From Marsupella aquatica (lineage: Eukaryota; Plantae; Marchantiophyta), in NCBI GenBank assembly GCA_973895155.1, contig OZ316892.1:22111168-22175167 (forward strand): a stretch of DNA of 64,000 bases, written 5' to 3'. The notes beneath the pieces were generated by a model. That model made no database searches. It was not told where the DNA came from and saw nothing but the letters and a program-made list of their open reading frames with translations. Positions 1-11,388 of this stretch are shown in pieces. The stretch's first letter is position 1; each line of letters starts with the position of its first letter. A program made the translations under genes and the position numbers.

Positions 1-99
1 TGGATGAATTATCAGTACTCGTGCTACCTGCCCAACCCTTGCCCTTCCCTCCCTGCTGCTGTGGCGCCACGCCCTCCTCCTCCCCTTGCCACCCCAGCT

Positions 100-1338
100 G
101 TGAACCTTTCACTACAACAAACATATGTACCCAAGCATGGCTACCTCAGCAGCCAGTGATGGACTTTTCTGAAATCACTACTGCCTAGCAACGTTTCCTT
201 ATTGCGATCAGGCATCCAAACGTACCAATGATGTGACCCACCCAATCAAGAACACACGGGAGGGCTAAAAACAGAATCCTGTGTCCTCATCCTTCTGATC
301 AGCCAACTAGTGACCCTAATTAATCAGAAGCCGTGCTTAGTAAGCTTTCAGATCCGTGCTTGTCATCCTCTAGGGCTAGGGCATACCTGTTCTCTTAATA
401 AGCTCTTCATGCCCTTCCTCCTTCCATTCTAACTTTCCAATTCCAAGACGGTGCTTCTTTCTTAATTCTTCACAAGGCCGTCTCGTCGAGCTTCTCGGTG
501 TTTTTTCGCTTCCGTTGGTTCACACTTCGTTGTTTGCCACGATGGTTTTCTGCGGCAGATTGTCGGCTTCTTTGAGCATTCTGTTGCTCTGCAGTGTGGT
601 GAATTGTGTAGACGTTCTTCCTCGCGATTTCAGCAGCCTGAGGCTGGTTCCGAATGGGCTCAACGCCTTGGTTCCTCCTGGTGCTGCGAGGAGCCCGAGG
701 CTGGTTCGGACCCACGTTGTTCCTTCTCGTGCTCGTGCAGGATTACACAACTTTGTTCCAGGAGTCCACAACTTTACTCCTTCTCTTGCAGGATTATTAC
801 CGTGTCCGTGCAAGGACCCTACTACCCGGCCAAGGGGACCAAGAGTGCCTGAACCCATGCCTTCTCCCCCCCCTCCCTCGCCGCTCTCGCCTTCGCCCTT
901 GCCTATGCCCTTGCCTCCGCCTCTGCCCTCACCTCTGCCGCCCTTGCCTCCTCCCGCCCCTACTCCCTTGCCTCCTGCTGCCCCCACTCCCATGGCCCCA
1001 GGTTCGCAGTGTCAGTGCCAGAATTGAACAAGCGGACCAAGAGTGTCTGAACCCATGCCTCGTCCCTGGCAATAATGGAAGCAGATCGACTTTCAATAGA
1101 GCGGACGAATGTGGGGGACCCTTGGATAGGCGTGTGGCTCTGCTGGATCTCTTTCATCTAGGAAGGTATAGATTTGGCCGGCATCGACGTCCTCAAGGAC
1201 TCGAGATTGGATGTGCATTGGTGCGACTTGAGGTGATTCACGAAAGTTGGCTATTCCAGAGGCTCCTATGAACGGTTCGGTCAGCTGAGTTTGCCCCAAA
1301 GGCAAGGTTAGGTGCTTCTTAATTTTGTTGTGAAGCAA
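100..1338 (-). pseudogene. Possible decayed retroelement gag-like fragment (low-complexity, Gly/Arg-rich, degenerate Zn-knuckle-like stretches)
   Basis: Broken minus-strand frames with degenerate CxxC-G-x-H-like stretches near 120-260 and GRG-rich coding. A 27-bp direct repeat GGACCAAGAGTG(C/T)CTGAACCCATGCCT lies at ~836 and ~1034. No firm domain. Confidence 0.25.
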
Positions 1339-3488
1339 ATAATAAGTCGTATTGTGTTACGACTGCTTCTTAATTCTTTGTGCCGTGAAGCAAATAATAA
1401 GTCGTATTGTGTTAGGACGTTACCGTATGTTGTGAAACATCCAGAAAGTAAATTGAGCTATGTGATAGAATTGTCACCAATGAGCTCGAGCTAGTGTGAG
1501 TAGGCTCCTCTATGTAGCGAGGCTGGAAGAGAAGTGTCTGGCTATGACACAAAAATTCAAAATTGATGTAGAGGGCCTCACTTGCTGTGTTAGAGGACAA
1601 TGTCGAATAATGGCCTACATTTGTGCATTGATATTATTTGTGTAACAACTTCTTTCCATAAAAAATCTGTTCATCTCGATCACATCAAGACCGCTTGTAT
1701 TTTGGATTTAGTCTCGTCCATTCCTAGGCTTTCGTGTTGGAGTTTGCTTCCGACTTCAGGAGTGCTCTATTTAAACTCAAAAAGTGACGATTCATAATGA
1801 GAAAACGAGGAGTGATAGGCCGAGTGACAGTGCGGTCAAGAGTGTCGGTGAGTGACATATTGAACAAAGGAGGGGCCTCGCTCTCGATCAGCCGGCGTTC
1901 TGTGGGGAAAAACACTGAATTTATGGTCCGAAATACTATTCATTACATTAATGCATATATGTGTATCCATCTGTCTCAGCCTTTGATTGTTTCCCAGAAG
2001 TTGTGCCTATATCCCGGCCTATACAATTGAGTACGTGTCAGCCTGTATGCCCCCAATCAGCCAATATTCTGAAAATGCAGACAACTGCTACCCTAGACTC
2101 TAATTTACTATTAATTTTCTCTGATGAATAAAGGAGTTTCCGATTCACGCCTCTTCATTGTAATTCTGATATGCACAACATGCATGTGCTTTAACCAATG
2201 AACGCACCTGGAAAATACGTCATGGGTAGAGAAGCAATTTCGTTGGATAAAATTTAACTTTCGCAAACTGGTTCGGATCTTGCAACCAGTGGAGCAAGTC
2301 TTAGGAGATGACCAATTCCGGTTACGCATGCCATATATATATACAATGTATTTGTATTCGCATCCTCAATGGGTTGTGAAAAACACCTTGCTACTTACTA
2401 GACATCAACGCTAGCTATTAACTAATCCTCCTAATCAGCCTACTAGTCACCCTACTCAGAAAGCTTGCTTGCTAAGCATTCCGTACGCTGGACTAGCTTT
2501 CTATTGGTGTTTAGTACTGTCTTGCAAGTAAAGGCTGGGACATGTGGTGAATCCCCACCGAAAGGTGCCGTGGTTGGTTAATTCGAAATTCTACCAAAAT
2601 GTCACGGGGTAAAGAGGTCCAGCTGTGGTTGTATAATAGTTGGAGCAGCTTTTTATTGGTGCTTAATTAGCACTCTCTGGCAGGTCGAGGCAGGGCCGGA
2701 GACAGTGTTGAACCTCGACTAACCCCAAGGTAAGGCACGTGGCTGATCCTACTAAACTTCGAAAAGGATGGAGAGGTGAGGGTGTGGCTGCGCAATAGCG
2801 CGCAGGATGATTGGAGCAGCTTTTCACTGGTGTTTAGTAGCACTGTGCGCAGCCTGGCGAGTCCAGGTAGAGAAGATTTTAGTGAATTGCTACAAACTTT
2901 AGAACTGAATAGGGTGAAGCTAGAGGTGAGGGCGTAGCTGTGTAATAGCAAGCTGGTTGGATCCGCTTGTGATTGGTGTCTAATTAGCATTGACAAGTCA
3001 AGACAGGGACATGAGGTGAATCCCCACGCTAAGATAGAATGGGTGGTACTATGAAATTAACTTCCTAATCTGACGGTGAGGTGAGGATGACTGGCTAGTA
3101 CCTAGGCTCTTTGGGCTCGCGTTTGGGGCTGCTAACTGTACTTGGTGTCCCTGTTAGGGTCCAAACGGTTGTCCATGTTACTCCAGTATGCTCGAATATT
3201 TACAACAATGTAAAGGCTTGTTTTACTGAGTAATGAGCTCAAGGCTTTATACCTAGAGCCAAGTAAAATACAAACTTGTAATAGTACACATAAAATACTA
3301 TTCTATTGACATTTTTCTAACTACTACTATCCCCAATATATGTATCTATGTATGCAACATATTAATTACCACTTTAGATATACTAAATCACATCAATTTT
3401 AACCTAGTGAATCTAGTCTACCACCCTAGCAACTCTATTGTGGGGCAGCTCCGCTAGGTGCGGTGCGATGCGGCTCTAAATAAACGGC

Positions 3489-3570
3489 TAACAGGACACA
3501 CACGTAGTCTAATTAGATATTGTATCTGGCTAATAGGACACACACGTAGTCTAATTAGATATTGTATCTT
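3489..3570. repeat. Tandem duplication, ~42-bp unit x2
   Basis: AGGACACACACGTAGTCTAATTAGATATTGTATCT appears twice in tandem. Confidence 0.85.
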
Positions 3571-3682
3571 ACCGGGGACACGTCTATGTGATTATAATTA
3601 TTGGATCAGCTTGGCTCTAAAGAAACGGCTAAGTATAATCAGATATTATATCTGACCCTGAAAGTGTCTACTTGATTAGAGT

Positions 3683-3826
3683 TATTGGTGGATCAGATGA
3701 GATTGACTACAACTAATCTTCTGCATATGTAGTGTGTACTTTCAACACTCCCATTATTGGTGGATCAGATTAGATTGACTACAACTAATCTTCTGCATAC
3801 TTAGCGTGTACTTTCAACACTCCCAT
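3683..3826. repeat. Tandem duplication, ~72-bp unit x2
   Basis: TTATTGGTGGATCAGAT.AGATTGACTACAACTAATCTTCTGCAT...GTGTACTTTCAACACTCCCAT appears twice. Confidence 0.85.
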
Positions 3827-5406
3827 CCAAACTGCAATTTCTGATATCTGATCACCAACTACCCAAGATATATGCTTGATGGGCCCCAACCGCTAAACCC
3901 AGACGTCTATATATGTTGTTTGTGCGGGAGAGAAGAGAAGCGTCGGGTTTTGTCGATGGATTGTCGTCGATGATTGGGTTTGTTGATCTGCTGTCGATGC
4001 TCAGGTTCAATCGATGCTCGACTTTTGTGGATGCTCGGGTTCTGTCAATGATCGGGTTTGTCCACGGTCGGGTTCAATGTCTCACCAGCTGCATTTGCAC
4101 TGGATCAATGCGGGATCAATGCTTTTGCTGTATTTTCCATGAGTGCGGTACCCAGCCTTTGACATTGGAGACAAAATTATCAGTACAAGAAGACGGGTAC
4201 GTACGAGAGCGATCATTGACATCATCCTTTGTTACTGGTGCAGCACGTTGCAAAGCGCGGGGGTGCAATGTGGTTGCAAAGCTGCAGCCACTAAATGGAA
4301 GGATATAACACTGGACGACGTTCTCCACCTCGCAAACTGGCGACCCAATGTGTCTGTAAGTTTTCTCTTCTTTCTCCTCTCGATTCGGACTCCCAAACAG
4401 TTTCTCGGTCCCACAGTATGTATGTTGGAGGAGGATGCGTAGTGCAGAGTAGAAGACAAGTAGGAATGGAAAGAAGGGATGCAGTGCGAGATTGCCGGCA
4501 GGGGGAGAGATGGACAGGTTTGATGTATGTTGTTCTCTTTTTTGTAATGCAAAAACAAACAAATTGACTCGTTTGTTCGTCAAAGGCGATCGAGGTCTTC
4601 CTTTGCACACACATCGCAACCAGTACACTTCGCGTCACAAATGGCCATTGCGTTGGAGCGTTTCTCCAGCGTGTGGAGATCAATGCGTGGAGACCCTGGT
4701 CGTTTGGAAGGTGCCAGAGAACGAAAAACATTCATTTGGCTGCAGCAAATTGGCATTATTAATTCCATAGTATGCAGTTACGCTCACTTTTGGGGTGAGA
4801 TTTCTTCCGTCAATCCTGTCCCCAGTAAATGCTCTGGCATAGAAAGATTCGGCAAATCGGGGCAGGGGGGTGTGCTATTCAAGCAGGGCCCCATCTCTCA
4901 TCATCAGCCAGAATCGGTCCGGTGAGCTCTATCCAATACACGTTAGCAGAAAGGGATGATAATAAATCTAAAGGAATCCCAGGTGCCACAGTCATGTAGT
5001 GTAGATGTGAAGAATTGTGGGATCTACAATAGTCATTATAAATCATCTCGAACATTGAAAAAATTAGATAAGCTTCCAGAACGCAATATTGATGAGCGGT
5101 CCGACTTTAAACTAGATGACTGTTAGGATTTTGGATTTAACTTGTACCTACTAAGCTGCGTCACCAAAGAGCCTTTGGAGCAACACCCAAGGACAATCCT
5201 ATGCAGACACTAAGATCGACATACTATAGCAAAAGTAGTTTGTAAATGAGACTGCATCTCATGATAAATGAGAAAAAAAAAACGAAAGAAAGAAACTAGT
5301 ATTCTGGACTGATACATTTCATTAGAACATCTCCGGCAGTGCAAGCTATAACCCACCAGTAAAATATCATCTGTGTGTTGATCTAATGCAACAAATCATT
5401 GCAGAC

Positions 5407-5960
5407 GTGGCCATGACCTAGCAGCCAGGGCTGGAGATGCCAACTAATTGGAGAACTCCAACGAATTGCAATCTTCCAATTCAAAATTTCATTTTTAAGT
5501 CTCAGTGTTTGCCTTTCTTCTCTGAGTACTGACAGTGGTCCAGTACAACGACTTATTGGAGAGGTGGCCACTACATACAGACCAGGACTGGAGACGCCAA
5601 CAAATTGCCAATCTTCCAGCTCAAAATTTATCTCTCAAGTAAGTCTCGGTGTTTAGGGTTTCTTCTCTGAGCCATGACAGTAGTCCATTCAGTCTATGGG
5701 ACTGATGCGTCAAATTACCGTAGCGGTGGCCAGGACATAGAGGCCAGGGCTGGAAATCCCAACAAATGGCAATCTTCTAGTCTTGGCTCCTAGTTTTAAA
5801 ATTCCTCTTAAGTCTCACTTCTCTTTTCTTCTCTAAGTCACGACAATAGCCCATTCAGTCTGTTGGACTGACAATATAATTTGTTGTAGCCGTGGCCACC
5901 ACACACAGGCTAGCGTTGGAGACGCGAACAAATTGCCATCTTCCGGTTCCAAATTTATGT
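5407..5960. repeat. Diverged tandem repeat, ~160-bp unit x4
   Basis: GTGGCCA...CCAGGGCTGGAGACGCCAACAAATTG-CAATCTTCC recurs at ~5407, 5564, 5725 and 5892. Confidence 0.75.
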
Positions 5961-7274
5961 CTTAAATAAGCCTTTCTTTGCCGAGCATGACAGTAATTCA
6001 TCCAGTCTAAATGATCATGATGGCCTTTGTGTCTCCATTGTTCTACTTTTGATCGCTGCTGTAATTCTTAGGGAGCCCATATACTTGTTGAGAGCTTCAA
6101 ATATCGACAATGTGAAATCAATTGTAGTTGGGAAAGAATTTGCTATAGATTGTCTTGTGTTTGCTGCTATGGCTGTTCAGACCTGACGAGGTAGGACCCC
6201 AAGAAGTTTGCTTTTGTTTTGAGTGTATTGTTAGTGCCCATTTGTTAGAGAAGAATCTAAATTGGTCAGTTGCCTGAAATGTGGATTAGTATTGGAGCGG
6301 GCTCCAATATCAGGTTCAAAGAAGTCCGCAGAAGATGGTGCCCGTAGCAGGTATGATTTCCGGATGTTGCAACTCATTGTCATTAAGCATCGCAACTATT
6401 CTTACTGGAAAGACTTTTCATCCTGGCCGCTTATGTATGAGTCTATCGGGCAGGTGGTTAGTTAGCACAATGTAGGACAGGAAAGAGAAGCTTTGATTTG
6501 AAATGCGGGTACACTAAAAACATTCATGGTTAATGGTCAAAACAATTTAATATCTTTTAGTAAAAATTACAACATATGTAAGAATATTTTCTAATTTCAT
6601 ATGGAAAAAGAAGAAAACCAAACCTTTATATCATGACTAGAAATTTTTTTTAAGTGGAAGCAGGGTTGGTGCAAGCAGGGTTGGTCCTATTTGCTAGATG
6701 ATGCCATGTATGAGATGTTGCTGAAATTTCTGGAGTCTGTTGGCACGGCTCCTATTGTGTTTTGATGGATTGTTCAAATCAACCAGATGCCCATTGTGCT
6801 ACCAAGAGATGAAAAACTGGTAGCGTTAAAAACAACATTAGAAGCCATTTTATATGCCTTAAAGACTGGAATTTAGAAATTTTTCATAAGACTGCCTAGT
6901 AAAGCTGCCCAAGTCACATTTCCGTGCATTTGTGGGTGTGCCACCTCACCACTTGTGTCATCGGTGAAAGGAAAAAGGGAACCCACATTCCCTGAGCCCT
7001 CACTCCGTGTAAATGAAGTGGACCCTCCTGCGATCGGGCCCTTTTCTTGTTTACCCCTTGTTATTTCCATTTTACTATTAAAAGTTCCCTTATTACCAGT
7101 AATAATTATAATTATTAGTTCAAAATGAATAAAAATTACCCTTCGAGCGTTCGCACGTCCTCCACGTGTTAGTCAAGACTGAGGGCCCAGGGCCCACATT
7201 TAAAAGAAAGAAGGGAGAAAGTTGTGAGCGCAGACGGGACTAAGTGACTAACTGTGATCCAATCATTGCATTGC

Positions 7275-7530
7275 CTCGGGGATTTCACTTCCACAAAAAT
7301 GGCATATCACATGCGACGAAAGATAGGGTCATTTTATTGGTTCTAATGGAAAACTTAAGAATTTTTGTAGAAGAACAATAGGGTCTTTTTAATCCAATTT
7401 TTAGAATATTCCAAGAATATTCCAACTTTATAGGGGTTAAAAGAAATTTAAATTTCTGACATTTTAGGGGGTCCGAGGCCTAAAAACGTCGCAGGTGATG
7501 GGGAGGTCCCCATATAGTGAGACCCCCGAG
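7275..7530. mobile_element. MITE, CTCGGGG-TIR family (8-bp TSD), copy 1
   Basis: Ends are CTCGGGGATTTCAC... and ...GTGAGACCCCCGAG. Flanks TGCATTGC / TGCACTGC match 7/8. The first ~70 bp resemble the copy at 21646. Confidence 0.75.
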
Positions 7531-7902
7531 TGCACTGCTTTGATGGTTTTAGTGACCGTCTTTCAACTCTTCTGCAAGTTGAGGGAGCTTTGATCAATAC
7601 TTTCACTAATTCTGGACTATTATTCTCAATTTGGAATATTCATATTAACAACTTTTTGGAAACAAAAATATAGATAAATAAGAGACTTATCAAAGTCACC
7701 CTAGGAAAGTTTTGACCAAGATGTATTAAGCTTAACAAGCTTTCAAATGAATCTATGCACAACACATGATGTATTCTAGAACTCAAGTTATAGATCAAAG
7801 AACACCTTATGTAATTGGAAATTTCATGATCAACATTTGGACAAAAGAATGTCCAGAATTAGTGAAATTAGTGATTTTGCTGTTTCTGTGTATATTGTGT
7901 AG

Positions 7903-8420
7903 ATGATGAACCAACCAAATGTGAGAATGTACAGTGGGTAGGGAATTTTAGACTAGAGATGGTCAAAGGGATATTGCCTGTTGATGTTAGACCCGACATA
8001 CAGAACATTGGAATAGGGGAAGGAGTGTCTGAAGGCGAGGATGTATTACTAGCAGACCTTATCCAACTAGGTGATTTCTATGCTGTGCAAGCTAAGCAGC
8101 CAAATAATTGGAATGTAGATTTCTATGTCCTTCAATGTGAGGAGGTGCTGCACACAGTCGCGAAGAATTTTACAGATGGTTATGAGGTCCAGTTTGAGAA
8201 AGGTGACCTGGCATTGAAGGGAAGGTGGTTTCAGCCAATTCCAGGGCGGGAAACCAAATTTGTATTAATGATACTGCACCTTCAAGCTACACTCATGCAA
8301 AGTGTGTCGTTCACATTAGATTTGCCTTGACTCCATGTGTGGCCGGTAGGGGTCAAAAGGGTGGTAGTAGAATGTACTTCATAGACCCTGCACAATAGCA
8401 ACAATTGCTACTTCCTTGAC
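7903..8420 (+). pseudogene. Exon fragment of an uncharacterised, probably transposon-associated protein
   Basis: Acceptor-like TTGTGTAG at ~7902, then an open frame with protein-like composition (GDFYAVQA...VDFYVLQCEE...KGRWFQP) and a frameshift near the end. Family not confidently recognised. Confidence 0.35.
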
Positions 8421-8719
8421 TTTGCCAATTTAGTTGGTACCTAAGTGGTTGTGTGGGTATTGAAGGTACACCTGGTGATCCAGTGCTGGCAGGCTGTTCA
8501 GGTATTCTGCCCTCAAGTCGCCTTGCTTGAATTGTTGGTGATCTTGGTTTTGTGACTCCTAATACATGTGTTAGCTAAAGTCCTTTCTCTCAAATTCTTG
8601 ATTGTTGTGCTGATATCCATTCCTATGAACTGCCAAATGTGTTTATCCAAGTCCTTATAGGCTTAAGTGCAATTGTGAGCTTACATCAAGGATTCTGGTC
8701 GTTGTCTCCTTATGGTCTC

Positions 8720-9240
8720 AAGGACTTTAGTCCTACATTGAGCTTATGGTTGTAAAGCAATGTCTTCATTTGGCCTCTGAATAAATATCAGTCCTCAAGC
8801 GTAAAAGGACTATATTCCTTTATTGTCATGAGGAAGGACTTCAGCCTTGAAGTGTTAGGACCGTAGTCCTTTATTGTCCTTTATTGTCATGAGGATCGAA
8901 GGACTTCAGCCCTGAAGTGTTAAGGACCATAGTCCTTTATTGTTGTTAGAAAGGACTTAAGTCCTCAATTCTAAAGGACTATAGTCCTTTGTCGTGGAAA
9001 GACCCAGCCGTGAAAGGATGTAGTCCTCAATTCTGAAGGACTATGGTCCTTTATCGTGGAAGGAGCCAGTCCTCAAGTGAAAGGATATAGTCCTCAAGTA
9101 TTAAGGACCCAATCCGAAAGTCATAAGGACTAAAGACCTGTCCTTCTGTCCTGAAATCTTGAGGACTAAACTCCTTTCTCGTGCTTAGTAAAGACTTAAG
9201 TCCTCAGGTCTGAAGGACTATGGTCCTTTATTGTCCATCA
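8720..9240. repeat. Array of short inverted motifs AAGGAC(T)...(A)GTCCTT
   Basis: Many AAGGACTATAGTCCTT-like palindromes and half-sites, e.g. AAAGGACTATAGTCCTTT at ~8973-8990. Confidence 0.8.
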
Positions 9241-10991
9241 TAAGAACTTAGCACCCTTGCACATGATGACTTTGGTCATTTATGGTCCTGTGACAAAAAT
9301 AAGGCTAGAGGATATGTTCAGAATGAATCTTTGGTAGGGAATTCTTTGGTCCAAGATGGTCCTTTCTTCTGCAGGATTGTGGACTGTAACATGTTAGTCT
9401 GTGTGCAAAGGAGGATGGTCCTTAATTATCCTTTTGAAGGACTTCTAGAATAAGGTCCCTGTGAGTTGTACGTATTGTGGTAGTTAATTGTATTCTACAT
9501 GACCTTCATAAGAACTTTTTGCTAGTTCTTCAAGCAGAGTTAATATTTTCAGATTCTAACCGGCCAACAAGCTTAAATATTAAATGTACAATCATCTAAC
9601 CCAAAACTCTGTTGCGCTGCAGGGCTCTGGGAACAGGTTTTATAGTGGTGCACTAGTAAGAGCAAAGTGGACGAGTTGTAAGTGTAGAAAAAGAAACTTG
9701 TAGTTGTGTACCAAAGACAACCTTAGCTTCAGGCCACCATAGACAAAATAGCTGGTAACCACAAAAGTGACATACTAGTTTGATGGTGCCAATCTGTGGC
9801 CATTGAGATGATGCAGTCTGCATTGATCTCCCATGTACTTACTCTGTTGAAAGAGGACAACCATTTGTTTTGGTTTGTTTCTGAACGTACTGGATATATA
9901 AAGAAATTCAATCCAAAGACCATGACTTGATCCACCTGTGTATGACACTTTATGATCACTTCTGATCAACAAAGATTTCTCATTTCTCTGTGGGCTTCAG
10001 TGTTGTATTATTGTTTGTTTGTACATAATATTATTTTTGGTCTAATTTCAAGCACTTAGTTTTAGGCTACAGTCATCAGTCAATTGACATGCCCAAGTGC
10101 AATTTTTCCCTTGATTTCCTGTCAAAGGAAAGACTGGCCCACGACATGCACTCTCATTTGACAGATCACCAAAATTTTCCTGTCACCGTCAAACATAATG
10201 TTCCTTGCTCTGTGATGGGAAGAACATTTTGTGCTGGTTACTTCTCAACGGTGCATCGGATAGGAAGGATCCTTGAGTAGGTTCATTATCACCCCTCCAT
10301 GTCATTGAAAATTGAAAGACTCAGCCCAACCACGTTGTTTACAAAACTTTGACAATTTCATCAAAAGGGTCAAAGATCATATCAATCATGTACATTTTGA
10401 TTGAAGTCTATCAAAAACCTATCATGTACATGCTATGTGTATAAGCAAGATCTAGATACTAGATCAATGCCCAATTCCAACCACATGCACTAGCGCTTCC
10501 TGAGTGCTTCCATTGGTGCATGCAAATTCCTACTCTAAAATGCAAAATGACTTCAAAGAGGACACTATGTCCCCTGACAAATCACTAATAGCTCCCCTGA
10601 ATCTCCTAAATGATGCTACAAGTGAGCTTTGATCCTTAGTTGGATCAATTGTCTCTTCATCATCACTATCCCGAGCACTGCCCATATCAGAGCGCAACTT
10701 CCCCTCTTTGATATCTCGCTATATAGGGGCTTTGTTCACAACAGATATCCCATTAGATGCTATACAAGGGCTTCGTTCAAAACAGAGTGCTTGAGGAAAA
10801 TAATCTCTAGAGTCTTTCCTCACATAGCAGCTAACGGTCCACCACACACTCATCACCTGTTCAAAAATTCTTTGTGCCTTCTCCTCATCATTACTGCATG
10901 AGTCCTTGAAGGACTGTTCTAAAATCCCCATCAATTGCATTCCAATTGCTTCATTCACCTTGATGACAATATCACCAACTTTCATAGCAAA

Positions 10992-11337
10992 GGTCAATTG
11001 CAAGATTGAGGGGGGCAAAAGGACGCAAAAAGGATTAGCTCAAAAAGGAGAGAAAAAGGACTCAAAGATCATAAAGATTTAGTTGAACTCCACTTCCAAA
11101 AAGGTTGGACACACTTCCAAAATTGTTGTGCACACTTCCAAGAAGATCGAGACTTCCTAAAAGCCTGGACACACTTTCAAAGACTTGGCATGCAAGATCT
11201 CACCTTCCAATCTCAACTAACTAATCCTAGCCATTTGGTGTAACACCTTTCCACCCCTTGTAAATTGGGAAGGACTAGAATCCTTTTGGTGGAGAAATTG
11301 GAGATCCTTTTTGCCCCCCTCAAGCTTGCAATTTACC
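10992..11337. mobile_element. MITE-like element with ~32-bp TIRs
   Basis: Left end GGTCAATTGCAAGATTGAGGGGGGCAAAAGGA. Right end in reverse complement GGTAAATTGCAAGCTTGAGGGGGGCAAAAAGGA. Possible CAAA/CAAA TSD; boundary uncertain by 1 bp. Confidence 0.7.
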
Positions 11338-11388
11338 CAAAACAGTGCATGTATGTGCCAGTCCCATCCGCACAACAAACATGCTCCA

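Noticed and set aside
515-1027. Proline-rich extensin-like ORF
   Set aside because: Low-complexity sequence open in several frames on both strands, with no convincing gene structure.
3913-4925. Cluster of overlapping 90-170 aa ORFs
   Set aside because: No recognisable domain, and the ORFs overlap on both strands. I cannot support a gene call.
10500-10990. Possible transposase remnant next to the MITE
   Set aside because: The composition looks coding but I could not identify diagnostic motifs in any frame.
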